DNA from: an uncultured Nitrososphaerota archaeon
Lineage (GTDB): Archaea; Thermoproteota; Nitrososphaeria; Nitrososphaerales; Gagatemarchaeaceae
Direction of reading: 5' to 3'
Length of the DNA stretch: 64,000 bases
Assembly: GCA_963703285.1 (NCBI GenBank)
Contig: OY969807.1
Span: forward strand, 992,001-1,056,000
Each line of letters begins with the position of its first letter. The stretch's first letter is position 1. Shown here one piece after another: positions 1-9,299 of the stretch. The notes under the pieces were generated by a model, which was given only the letters and a program-made list of their open reading frames with translations, made no database searches and was not told where the DNA came from. Both the position numbers and the translations under genes were made by a program.

Positions 1-2
1 CC

Positions 3-1010
3 GTACCGCTCTTCATCATCCAAGAGGCGAGCGGGAGGATAGGGATCGCGACGGGAAGAGGTCTGGGCGATGTAATCCGCACATCCTACTCGCGGAACAT
101 CGCGGTCCTCGCAAGCGTGCCGATGGCGACGGTTGACGTTGTGAGCTACGTCGCAGAGTACACTGGCATCGCGATCGGGATGGAGATAGTAGGCGTGCCG
201 CCGATAGTCTCCATGCCCGCGGCCTACGTGGTCCACATTCTGGTCATACGTAGGAGGCAGTATTTGACGCTCCAAAAGGTCCTGTTTGCAATCTCGGTGG
301 TCCTGATCATCTCATACGCCGGCTCCCTCTTCGCGCGCGGGCTGATTTCTTCGAACGCGTTCTACTTCAGCGGGTCACCGAACTATCTGTACCTCCTGGC
401 GGCTAGCGCGGGAGCGGTCATCATGCCGTTTATGTTGTTCTTCCAGGCCTCCGCAACTGCGGAGAAGGGATTAGTGCGCCTGTGGGCGATGAGGACGGAG
501 ACCCTGATCGGGGCGCTGGCGAGTGAGATAGGCATGGTCGTGATCGTGATAGCGACGGCCGGGTTGAACTCCTCTGTGAATGTTGGCAACCCGAGGACAC
601 TCGCGTCGGCACTTTCGTCCATAGCTGGCGCCTATGCGCCCTATCTCTTCGCCGCAGGGCTCGTGGCCGCGGCGTTTTTGGCCCTGGTCGTAATCTCCCT
701 GGCCAGCTCCTGGGCGGTCGTGGAGGCTCTGAACTGGCAGCGGAACAGGTTCTTCTGGGTCTACGTCGCAGAATCACTGCCGGCGGTCGCTATTCCGATC
801 TTCTATCCGAACCCCCTCGGGCTCGTACTGAACCTGATGGTTCTCTCCATCTTCGTGCTGGTGGGCCCCGGGATTCTGATGGGGAAGCTGGCCTCGAACA
901 GGACGATAATGGGTAAGTACGTCTCTTCCGGTCGAGAGAAGAGCGCCTTCTGGCTGAGCCTGGCGGTGGTGCTGAGCTTCGGCGTAGTAGCCGTGGCCGC
1001 GTCCCTCTAG
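3..1010 (+). CDS. NRAMP-family divalent metal cation transporter (5' partial)
   Basis: Frame is open from the window edge (VPLFIIQEASGRIGIATGRGLGDVIR, NRAMP-like). Many TM helices and the GAVIMPFMLFFQAS motif. Confidence 0.85.
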   Translation, partial: VPLFIIQEASGRIGIATGRGLGDVIRTSYSRNIAVLASVPMATVDVVSYVAEYTGIAIGMEIVGVPPIVSMPAAYVVHILVIRRRQYLTLQKVLFAISVVLIISYAGSLFARGLISSNAFYFSGSPNYLYLLAASAGAVIMPFMLFFQASATAEKGLVRLWAMRTETLIGALASEIGMVVIVIATAGLNSSVNVGNPRTLASALSSIAGAYAPYLFAAGLVAAAFLALVVISLASSWAVVEALNWQRNRFFWVYVAESLPAVAIPIFYPNPLGLVLNLMVLSIFVLVGPGILMGKLASNRTIMGKYVSSGREKSAFWLSLAVVLSFGVVAVAASL

Positions 1011-1107
1011 GGAGCTGGAGGCGCGCTTCCAGACGCACTTCGTTCCAGCTCTCGAGAGTCAGCCCTCCTGGCGCGCGGAAAGCACGGGTTGAACGGTGTA
1101 GCGGAAT

Positions 1108-1536
1108 TCAGGCAGACCTGGGTGCTACACGCTGAACCAAGGCGGCGAGCAATTCAGCGGGCGCCTCGGCTTCCATTATAGCTCGTCGCCGGTTCCTCTC
1201 CTCAGACGGAGTTCGGGATTCAGCCGCCTCCCTCGCGCATCGCACCGCCTCCTCCAGCGTGGACGCCATCTTGACGCCAAACTTCGGATCCGGTTGCCAG
1301 AACTTCGCGCGGTACCTGCCCCGGGGGTCGACCCTTCTTTCCTCCAGGGTAAGAAGTCCCGCAGCCTCGAGCCCCCGGAGGGCCCCTCCCGCGGTCTTCC
1401 AGTTCGTGATTTGAAGGGCAGCCATCACCCGTTTGGTGGTGACGGGACCTGGATGGCGATGCAGAAAAAGGATGATCTCAATCCTGCGGGATCCCTCGAA
1501 GAGGTTCCCGGGGCCGCCGACAAGTTCCTCTCGCAT
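1108..1536 (-). CDS. winged-helix DNA-binding protein
   Basis: RRIEIILFL...TTKRVMAAL...ALRGLEAAGLL followed by a wing-like segment. Confidence 0.55.
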   Translation of the reverse strand: MREELVGGPGNLFEGSRRIEIILFLHRHPGPVTTKRVMAALQITNWKTAGGALRGLEAAGLLTLEERRVDPRGRYRAKFWQPDPKFGVKMASTLEEAVRCAREAAESRTPSEERNRRRAIMEAEAPAELLAALVQRVAPRSA

Positions 1537-1755
1537 CGACGGAATAAACCCCCTCCTTCATATTGGCATGACTATGAAATGCTCTGGGTCTCTCTATGTG
1601 AGATTCTTACGCGAGAAACGAGCATCAGAGATCGGGCTGCGAGCGTGCTAGCCCTCATCCCTCGGTCTGGAGTCGTTCCCCTCTGCCGTCTTCATCCACC
1701 TCTCGATTTCCTCGAATGCCTCTGCCACCCTGACCCCGCGCCCTGGTTCCATTGG

Positions 1756-2301
1756 CTAGGGGCGCTCGTTCCCGTCCTGCTCCTCCGGTCCCTCGCCCAG
1801 CCCGGCGTCGTCTATGACACCGCTCGGGAGGACGGCCGAGTAGAGCTTGAAGATGGACTCGGCGTAGGCACGCAGGATGACCTCCCGCGGCCGTTGATCT
1901 CCGTTAGTCACGTAGGACCCGAGCGGGACGGCATAGAAAACCAGGCTCTCGGCTCGCGCCTCCCCGCGGTACTCCAGGTCGAAGTGGAAGACCGGGAACA
2001 ACCCTCCGATGGCGATTATCAGCTTTGTCACGCCGTCGTGCTCGACCGTGATGTTTTGCTCGTCGAGCTCCAGAGACCCTATGGCGAATCCCGAGTAGTC
2101 TTCCAACGTCTTCGGTTTGATGCTCGTCCTGCCCCAGGCCCCCGTTAGCAACTCCGTCCTGAGCGCGAAGCCCCCCTGTGACCTCGCCTGCTGGATGAAG
2201 ATCGACCGTCGGTCCGTAATCAGGATGGCATACTCGTTCATCCCGTGGTGCGATGCGATGACCCTGTGGACCAGTCCGAGCCTTCTCTCCTGGGAACTCA
2301 C
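1756..2301 (-). CDS. hypothetical protein
   Basis: Long ORF with globular composition (EYAILITDRRSIFI). Start chosen at GTG 2301. Confidence 0.55.
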   Translation of the reverse strand: MSSQERRLGLVHRVIASHHGMNEYAILITDRRSIFIQQARSQGGFALRTELLTGAWGRTSIKPKTLEDYSGFAIGSLELDEQNITVEHDGVTKLIIAIGGLFPVFHFDLEYRGEARAESLVFYAVPLGSYVTNGDQRPREVILRAYAESIFKLYSAVLPSGVIDDAGLGEGPEEQDGNERP

Positions 2302-2445
2302 GGAATTCCTTCTCGCATCCGACGCAGGCGGTCGACTTAATACTTTCCCGGTTGGTCCAGGAGGCCAGGCACGAGGTTCGTCAGTCCAGCTAACGGTGGC
2401 GAGCGACGTAAATAAACGGGAGTAACCATGTCGGGGCGGGATAGC

Positions 2446-2658
2446 ATGGCAGGACAGCATTCGAAGGAAGAACTCGAGGGCAAGCTGAAGGAGTGGTCGG
2501 AGTACGCGCGCAAGGTGCGTGAGAAGGGGGTCGCGTTCCGCAACGAGCTGGGAAAGATCACGAAGGCGCCAGTCTACACCAAGAAGGACGCCGACAGGGT
2601 TGCGGAGATCGTGGAGGAGTTTGCCAAGGTCATGGAGGACATGCCGTCACCGATTTGA
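2446..2658 (+). CDS. small helical hypothetical protein
   Basis: Host-like codon usage, charged helical sequence, and a TAAATAA TATA-like box at ~2409. Confidence 0.6.
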   Translation: MAGQHSKEELEGKLKEWSEYARKVREKGVAFRNELGKITKAPVYTKKDADRVAEIVEEFAKVMEDMPSPI

Positions 2659-2770
2659 GACGTTCAGGAAGCGCAGTTACAGTAGAATGGGCAGAAGCTT
2701 AAAGGACAAGCATTATAGGAGACCACTCGATGAACAACCCGAGGGTCACTCCAGTGGAGGGGAGAAAGCG

Positions 2771-3145
2771 GTGATATTCCAGAAGCCACCGTCCAAGTGT
2801 GGGTGCCCATACTGTGACTCCGGGTGCCTGTGCGGCGACTGCTCCGCTTGCACAAACATCGCCGCCGACAGACTGTTCGTGAGAAACGCGAAGAGGGCCG
2901 CGGTGCTGTGCTGTCTCTTTCTTGTGGTCGGGGGGTTCATGTTCTTCGCTCCGGTCGTCTCCTTGGGATCAGAGGCGCCCCTTACGACGGGGGTGCCCTC
3001 CTTCAGGATCCAGACGAGCGAGACGTCGACCGCAGAGCTTTGCTCCATCACGTTCTGCTACCTAGGCGCCGGTGCGGTGTACGCCAATGGTACGTACTAC
3101 CCTGTGACAAACCCAGTGGCGGGCCTCGGCGGTCCCAGGAAGTAA
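2771..3145 (+). CDS. Cys-rich single-pass membrane protein
   Basis: CGCPYCDSGCLCGDCSAC followed by a hydrophobic helix. GGAGG-type RBS before GTG 2771. Confidence 0.55.
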   Translation: MIFQKPPSKCGCPYCDSGCLCGDCSACTNIAADRLFVRNAKRAAVLCCLFLVVGGFMFFAPVVSLGSEAPLTTGVPSFRIQTSETSTAELCSITFCYLGAGAVYANGTYYPVTNPVAGLGGPRK

Positions 3146-3221
3146 GAGCCCAGGACCTCGGGGATGCTGTCGGCCCCAACCGAGGGTCTGATGCCTTGAT
3201 TGGTCTGGGCCGGGCCCAAGC

Positions 3222-3651
3222 TCACTTGCCATAGATGTCCTGGTTTTGTTGGATGTGCAGGGCGGTAAATGTCGGTATCGCAGCCGTGACAAAAGCAGCG
3301 TTCAGTATGCCTTCGTAGATTGGGAGGTTGAGTGCCTGAGTCAGGTCCCAGGCGAGGTCGAACGTGGCGAGGGCCAGGATGAAGGAGTAGAGTATCAGCC
3401 GGTAGCCCTTGTTCCTGACGAACAGGGCCAGCACGAGGATGGCCACCCCGCTGGCGAGGAAGGACTCGAGGCAATAGGGCAGAGTCGCCTGGGACAGGGG
3501 GTTGAGCTCAGAATCCTCCGGCCGAGAGGACGAAGTATGTGACAAAGGTAACTGAGACCTTGAGGAAGAGAGTGGCGAGCAGCATCTCTCCGGCGAGTCT
3601 ATCGAAGCCCAAGGCGAGATGGGGATGATGCAGCTTCCATCCCGCGACCAA
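3222..3651 (-). CDS. small membrane protein (DUF5658-like GxxExNP motif), frameshifted at ~3510
   Basis: Removing one base at 3510 joins ...VTFVTYFVLSAGGF to ELNPLSQ...; several hydrophobic helices. Confidence 0.5.
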
Positions 3652-3815
3652 CCCATCGAACATCGGCGCTCACACGAGAAAGCCGGTTTTTCTTGTCCAT
3701 ATAACGTGGGCACACGATTTTCATCCCTGAGAACCAGGACCCTTACGAGTGGTTGGGAGCCTTGGCTCCTAGCCACAGAGGGAGTTCGCTCTCCCGGTCC
3801 TCTGTGTCCCCTGAT

Positions 3816-5078
3816 TTAGGGCGAGCTGATGGAACGCTCCGGAGGGGCGCTGGCGCGTCCCTCGAGCAGTATCAGGGCCAGCGGGACCATAGCTAACGCG
3901 CCGCTGTAGAAGCCGGAGGGAGCCGTGGCCGGGCTACCATTGCCGACTTCGAATATTGCGATAAGGGTTGTGTTTTGGTCAAGTGTCAACGTCCTGGTCG
4001 CGTTGGTGCTGCCGGTGTCACTCCACCGGACGAACTTCAGGTCGCTGTAAGACGACATCTGCGCCGTGTATGTGTCACCCGCTATGAGCACGAACGGCAG
4101 CAGTGTGCCACCTGTGTAGGATCCAGTGAAGGGTTCGTAGGCGCCTGGAGGCGTGACGGTGACCCAGAGCCCGGGGGACCGTTCAACGTACCCCGTGTTG
4201 CTCACCGTGTTGCCGATCACCGTGCCGTTCTGGTACTCCGCTATCACGTTGAGGGTTGCGGCCTGTGACGGCGGAACATACTGATAGAGAGCGTCGAAGG
4301 AAGCACTCGTCGATCCGGTCGAGCTGAACGTTAGGAAATCGTAGTTGTTCAGTTCCCCATCCGAGAAGTGCCTGAAGTAGTAGTTGCCCGAAGAGTACGC
4401 GACCACCTGATACTGCAGCCCGGGCTCCAGGTTCTGGAACGTGGTCGGCGTAGTGCCGTTCTATATCGTGTATCCATCGACCGCCAGGTAGACGACGAAT
4501 CCGCTGAGCGCGGTCCCATTGAGATCGTTGCTTGCGACCGAGATGCTGTAGGGCGTCGCAGGCGGAGGCTGCGGGGTGGTCGTGAAGACCGCCGTCGCGG
4601 TCGTACCGGATGAGTTCGCGGCGACAGGCAGGACCCTCGAGGAGAATCCTCCTGACCAGTGGTTAAAGTAGAGGTTCTTGAAGTCAGAGACCGTCACCGT
4701 ATAGTTGTCCCCACTCGTCGTGTTGAACGTTACCGGAGTGTATCCGGTGGCGACCTCTGTGCCGTTGAGCGCCAGCTCCGTGTAGACGCCCTTCAAGGTG
4801 GTCCCGTTTGAGTACTGCGAGGTCACCAGTACGGCCGAGCCCGACTTCGGCGAGCCTCCAGTGCTTGTGGACGTGGATGTTGTGGATGCGGTGGATCTCG
4901 TGGAGGACACGCCCTGGCTACTCGTGGTTGTGGTGTTGGTACCCGTCTTTGAGTGACTCACGCCCAAAAAGTCAGCGCTGAAGAGGATGACGCCAGCGAT
5001 AACGGCTATCATGAGGACCACCGCTACTATGATAGGTGCGGCAGAGGCTCCGGGTGACCTGTGTTTCCGTGTCAACAA
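3816..5078 (-). pseudogene. cell-surface protein with three repeated beta domains, interrupted by an in-frame TAG at 4461-4463
   Basis: ORFs 4461-5078 and 3816-4406 share a frame (GYTI*NGTTPTTFQNL). N-terminal signal/TM, Ser/Thr linker, repeats ending YFNHWSGG / YFRHFSDG / KFVRWSDT, and a C-terminal hydrophobic tail. Confidence 0.7.
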
Positions 5079-5421
5079 GTGTGCTCGTTGTTCTTTCCCC
5101 GAAAGTAAATGAGCATCCTAGCATTGCTCTGGGGCATTGTGCTAGAGAATAGAACGGGCATCCGACCCCGCCCCACGCCTCCAGCCTCGTCGAGAACGCT
5201 ACGATTTCCGAGAGCCTATCGAGAGTAATCGACTGTCAAGAACTTCGTACCGGAACGGTGCGAGGCCGGCGTGCATCAGGCTGAACGCTGGCCGCGCTCT
5301 GGGGGGCCAAGATCTCGCTCCTAACTGGCTTCTCCTGCCAGCTTCTCATCCACATGATTGCGAAGGCCCGCGACACCAATCCAATGACCCCTTCGGCGAA
5401 TAACATAGGTCATATTTAATG

Positions 5422-5456
5422 ATAACGATGTTAACCATTCGCGTTAACACCGTTAT
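5422..5456. promoter_or_regulatory. 14-bp inverted repeat, putative operator
   Basis: ATAACGATGTTAAC-N7-GTTAACACCGTTAT (13/14 match) in an AT-rich intergenic stretch. Confidence 0.5.
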
Positions 5457-5768
5457 TAACAGCAGGCCGTAACGCTAGTCAGGCGGAGGAGGAGATCTCG
5501 TGCTGTGGACGGAGTGAGACTAATCATTTATACTGACTCATCGAACGAAGGAAGAAGGCGATGAAAGCGGCGCCAGGATCCGCGCGCCCTCTGCACTTCC
5601 CTCAAACTGGCTATCTCAGTGCTTTTTCGTTGGTGGCGTAATCTGCAGGATAATCTGACCGAAGTTTAGGTGGACGGTACATTGTGGGTGCTTTTTTATT
5701 GCCGTGCTATTGTGCAATGGCGAAGGCTGTCTTTGACGGGTCGAAGAGGACGAAAGTATTGCCAAGAA

Positions 5769-6236
5769 ATGCACGAACGGATCCTGTCCATACTACCAAA
5801 ACCTGACCTTGAACGACTTTACTTTAGCGAACTCGTCTCAACCAAGCTGCTTGCGAAGCGATATGGAGTGTCCCAGTCTTGCATCTATAACCTCTTTCAG
5901 CGATATGGTCTCAAGACTAGAACGCTGCAAGAGGCTATGCTGCTGAGAAGAAAACCTTCCACAAGACATAAACGCATTCGCGAACGAGCGGTTAGGCTAC
6001 TCGGTGGCATTTGTGCGCATTGTGGATGTGATGGCATGAGAATTCTGGAGATTCACCACAAAGAGGGAGGGGGAAGGCCTGAGACAAGAACGTCATCAAA
6101 GTTCTATTACAACATTACCATGGGTCGCAGAAACACGAGCGACCTAGAGGTTTGCTGCAAACCCTGCCACGCTGCAGAGGAGGTCAAAAGGATCCACGGG
6201 CTGGATTGTTTTCAGATTGTGTGGAGAAAATCATAG
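5769..6236 (+). CDS. free-standing HNH endonuclease with N-terminal HTH
   Basis: LERLY...LAKRYGVSQSCIYNLF (HTH). CAHCG...LEIHH...LEVCCKPCH (Zn-binding HNH). More AT-rich than the flanks. Confidence 0.75.
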   Translation: MHERILSILPKPDLERLYFSELVSTKLLAKRYGVSQSCIYNLFQRYGLKTRTLQEAMLLRRKPSTRHKRIRERAVRLLGGICAHCGCDGMRILEIHHKEGGGRPETRTSSKFYYNITMGRRNTSDLEVCCKPCHAAEEVKRIHGLDCFQIVWRKS

Positions 6237-7241
6237 ATGCGCATTGCCGTAGTTGGTGCTGGCGTCGCGGGCTCGTACCTGCTGAACCGGCTGGATGGTC
6301 ACCAGGTCGAGTGCTTCGAGATGCGGCCACAGGACAAGTGGTACACCGTCTGCGCTTGGGGGACAAGCGAGCCCTATATCTCCGACCTCGTCAAAAAGGC
6401 GGGTTTCAACTTCTCGGACTACGTCCTCCACCGCGGGAAGAAGATGACCGTCGACACCGGCAAGGGGACCTTCGACATACCCCTCAACGGGCTGGTGAGC
6501 TACGACAAACACAGGCTCTGCGAAGACATGCTCAAGGGGCATACCGTCCACTGGGGGACGCAGGTCAAGCAGCTCGACGGCAGGTTCGCTGACTTCGACC
6601 TGATCATCGACGCCACCGGGATGCAGCGTGCGCTACTCCCCAAAATCAAGAACGACATCATCGTACCCTGCGTGGAATACCAGGTGAAGTCGAACAAGTT
6701 CCCCTGGGACGACTTCTACATCAAGCCCTACCGTGGGTTGACGGGATACCTGTGGTACTTCCCCCTCTGGGAGGGGGTCGCCCACCTCGGAGCTGGCGAG
6801 CTCCACGGAGGATACAAGGGAGAGCTCGAGGCGATGCTGAAGAAGTATGACTGCGAGGTGATAAGGAAGATAGGCCGACCGGTGAGGATAATGCCCCCAT
6901 CCTACTGCCAGCCCTTCAGCCAGGGTAAGGTGGTCGGGGTCGGGGAGTCCATCGGTACGGTCTTCCCTATGCTAGGCGAGGGCATCATCCCCTCGATGCA
7001 GTGCGCAGACATGCTCGTCGACCACATAGACGACATGGAAGCCTACGCCGAGGAGGTGCTGAAGAGGACGGACATCTACACGAAGGGGTTCCGTTTTGTG
7101 AAGTCGAAGATGGACGGCGAGTTCAGCATGATGAGGAACCTGCCGGGGCTCCTCTCGGTCTACATGTTCATGCACGGGAACGAGAGGAGGTTCGGTATGG
7201 AGACCAGGCTCTCGGACCTGCGGAAGCTTGCGGCGGTTTAG
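6237..7241 (+). CDS. geranylgeranyl reductase-family FAD-dependent oxidoreductase
   Basis: MRIAVVGAGVAG Rossmann motif, IIDATG, GYLWYFP, VGESIGTVFPMLGEGI. Confidence 0.85.
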   Translation: MRIAVVGAGVAGSYLLNRLDGHQVECFEMRPQDKWYTVCAWGTSEPYISDLVKKAGFNFSDYVLHRGKKMTVDTGKGTFDIPLNGLVSYDKHRLCEDMLKGHTVHWGTQVKQLDGRFADFDLIIDATGMQRALLPKIKNDIIVPCVEYQVKSNKFPWDDFYIKPYRGLTGYLWYFPLWEGVAHLGAGELHGGYKGELEAMLKKYDCEVIRKIGRPVRIMPPSYCQPFSQGKVVGVGESIGTVFPMLGEGIIPSMQCADMLVDHIDDMEAYAEEVLKRTDIYTKGFRFVKSKMDGEFSMMRNLPGLLSVYMFMHGNERRFGMETRLSDLRKLAAV

Positions 7242-7286
7242 CGACCGGGCAAAACAAGATATTGATGTCCCGACGGGCTCTGGCTT

Positions 7287-7382
7287 GGGCCCGTAGCTCA
7301 GTACGGACAGAGTGGCAGCCCCCTAAGCTGTAGGGAGATCGTTATCTCGCAGAGGCCGAGGGTTCAAATCCCTCCGGGCCCG
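7287..7382 (+). tRNA. tRNA-Arg(CCT) with 21-nt intron at position 45/46 (7334-7354)
   Basis: Acceptor GGGCCCG/CGGGCCC, T-arm GAGGG-TTCAAAT-CCCTC, anticodon CCT at 7322-7324. Bulge-helix-bulge splicing restores the AGGCC variable loop. Confidence 0.9.
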
Positions 7383-7531
7383 CTTCAAGGCACATCAGAA
7401 CAGGGCGCGGGAGTCTACGATGGGAATCCGTCCCCTACGACTGTTGACCAAATCGGAGGGAGAGCTCTCGAAGAGTTGAGATTCCCCGAGTGCGTAAGGA
7501 TATATATCTGGTATGCCATTTTGTCTACCGT

Positions 7532-8230
7532 ATGGTTTCGTCGTCGAAGGCAGGCCCAGCAGAGGACAACGCTCTGGAGGAGGAAGGACTGGACTCGATC
7601 CTTTTGGCGATTGAGAACCCGGTCAGGAGGAAGATCATTAGGAGGTTGAGCAGGCAGCCAAGCTACCAGCTTCAGATCTCTAGAGAGCTGGGCTTCAGCC
7701 AGCAATTGGTCGCCAAGCACCTTGACGCGATGGAGGGAACGGGGCTCGTCTCATCCCTCATGGAGGACAGCCCGCACGGTCCGCGGCGGCGAGAGTACCT
7801 GCTCAACAAGAGCATCTCGCTTAGCATCGACTTTGCGCCGAACCTCTTCCGGGCCAGGCTGTTCTCATTCGAGTCCCCCGAGAAAGAGATGTCGTCCGGC
7901 TCGAACGACCTCTTCAGGTCTCTGACCGACATCGCCCAGCGTCCGGAGGAGAGCGGGAACATGCGTCCGCTCGGATCTCTGATATCGGAGATCGACAAGA
8001 GGCTCGCGAACATCCAGGACGAGAGGTCTGTGCTGCTCTACGTCAGGCACCTCGCCATGACGGAGGTGGCCAGGGCCATCAGCGGGATGCCGATGACCTG
8101 GGATGAGAAGAAGGCGCTCTACCAGCTGATCAGCGAGCGAGATACGAGCGTCGAAGGAATTTCGAGGACCCTGAAGCTCAGGGAAGAATGGGTCAGGGGC
8201 GTCATCGCGAGCTTGCAGAGTAACCTCTGA
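7532..8230 (+). CDS. ArsR-like transcriptional regulator (Phr/HSR1 heat-shock regulator-like)
   Basis: ENPVRRKIIRRLSRQPSYQLQISRELGFSQQLVAKHL wHTH plus C-terminal coiled coil. TATATAT box at ~7501. Confidence 0.75.
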   Translation: MVSSSKAGPAEDNALEEEGLDSILLAIENPVRRKIIRRLSRQPSYQLQISRELGFSQQLVAKHLDAMEGTGLVSSLMEDSPHGPRRREYLLNKSISLSIDFAPNLFRARLFSFESPEKEMSSGSNDLFRSLTDIAQRPEESGNMRPLGSLISEIDKRLANIQDERSVLLYVRHLAMTEVARAISGMPMTWDEKKALYQLISERDTSVEGISRTLKLREEWVRGVIASLQSNL

Positions 8231-8283
8231 GTCCTCTAAAAAAAGAGAAGAAGGGGCTCTTCCCGTTGGAAGATTACGACTGA

Positions 8284-8475
8284 TTATGCCTGGAAGGTCG
8301 TCTGCGGAACCCCGAGTTGCGTCTGAAGAGTCCTGATCCGCTCGGAGTATTCCTTCATTCTGACCGCGTCGTTCTGAACCTTGGCAATCTTGTATGCCTT
8401 CCATGCCTTCCTCAGTGCCCCCCACGTCTGGCCGGTTGTGTAGGTACTCGTCTTTGCTCTACCTCGTGAGAGCAC
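8284..8475 (-). CDS. small basic hypothetical protein
   Basis: YTTGQTWGALRKAWKAYKIAK helical sequence, followed on the same strand by a T-rich terminator-like tract. Confidence 0.6.
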   Translation of the reverse strand: MLSRGRAKTSTYTTGQTWGALRKAWKAYKIAKVQNDAVRMKEYSERIRTLQTQLGVPQTTFQA

Positions 8476-8553
8476 TGGGGTTTCGCGATATTTTGGGGAT
8501 GGAGTCTACAGAACTTGAGCAGTCGATGCGAACCGATTCAACTTGAAGCGCGG

Positions 8554-9162
8554 CTACTGCGATTGGGCCGCTGCGGCCGGGGCCCCTTCCTTGCTAGGAG
8601 AGGGTGCAGGCTGAGCCTCGACTGGAGGGGCTGCCTGAGGTTCCGCGGGAGAGGCCGCTGGAGGCGGTGACTCCGCGGCTGGGGCTTCGACCGGTGCGGC
8701 TCCCGCGGGTATGGCGGAGACCGCTTCTGTTATCGCCTTCGAGATTTCGTCCTTCGTCTTGCCGCGAGTCTCAATCTTAAGGATCCTCGCCATCTCGATC
8801 AGCATCTGGTCCGAGGACTTGGGCGGTGCGGGAAGGGCGACCGCGTCACCGACTGGAGTGACAGCGGGTGTAGGACTTCCCTGAGGGACAACAGCCTGCC
8901 CGGGCGCAGGTTTCTCTTCAGCGGTCCCGGCCATCCCGGCCCCCAGGAGAGCATTGCTGAGAGTGTCTATGTTGAGATTGCCGCTGCTGATACCCGATTG
9001 GAGCTCCTTCGTGATACCCGACAGCTGCTTCGTCGCGCCGTCCAACTGCTTCCTCGCGCTTGCGAGCGTCTTCGCCATCTCGGGAATCTTGTCAGGTCCC
9101 CAAATCAGTATGCCGGCTCCCATCAAAAGGACTATGCCCCACTCGAGCGGGTCCAAGGCCAT
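8554..9162 (-). CDS. tatA: twin-arginine translocase TatA/TatB-family subunit
   Basis: N-terminal TM, then WGPDKIPEMAKTL amphipathic helix, then a Pro/Ala-rich tail. Confidence 0.8.
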   Translation of the reverse strand: MALDPLEWGIVLLMGAGILIWGPDKIPEMAKTLASARKQLDGATKQLSGITKELQSGISSGNLNIDTLSNALLGAGMAGTAEEKPAPGQAVVPQGSPTPAVTPVGDAVALPAPPKSSDQMLIEMARILKIETRGKTKDEISKAITEAVSAIPAGAAPVEAPAAESPPPAASPAEPQAAPPVEAQPAPSPSKEGAPAAAAQSQ

Positions 9163-9299
9163 TTCCAGCTCCCGCGAATTTTGCGCCGCGTCCGTTATTT
9201 AAGGGAAGTGGCCGGTTGTGAAGTGGCCGAAGGGCGAAGTGACCCGCGTTGGAGGAGGAGGTAATAGCCACAAATAGAGGATTAGGGGTGGAACGGAGG

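Noticed and set aside
4461-4463. Pyrrolysine or stop-codon reassignment
   Set aside because: TAG ends many genes normally in this window, no pyl genes are present here, and the other in-frame stop is TAA.
5670-6236. HNH gene as part of an archaeal or group I intron
   Set aside because: The downstream reductase starts with an intact N-terminal Rossmann motif, and no interrupted host gene or BHB boundary was found.
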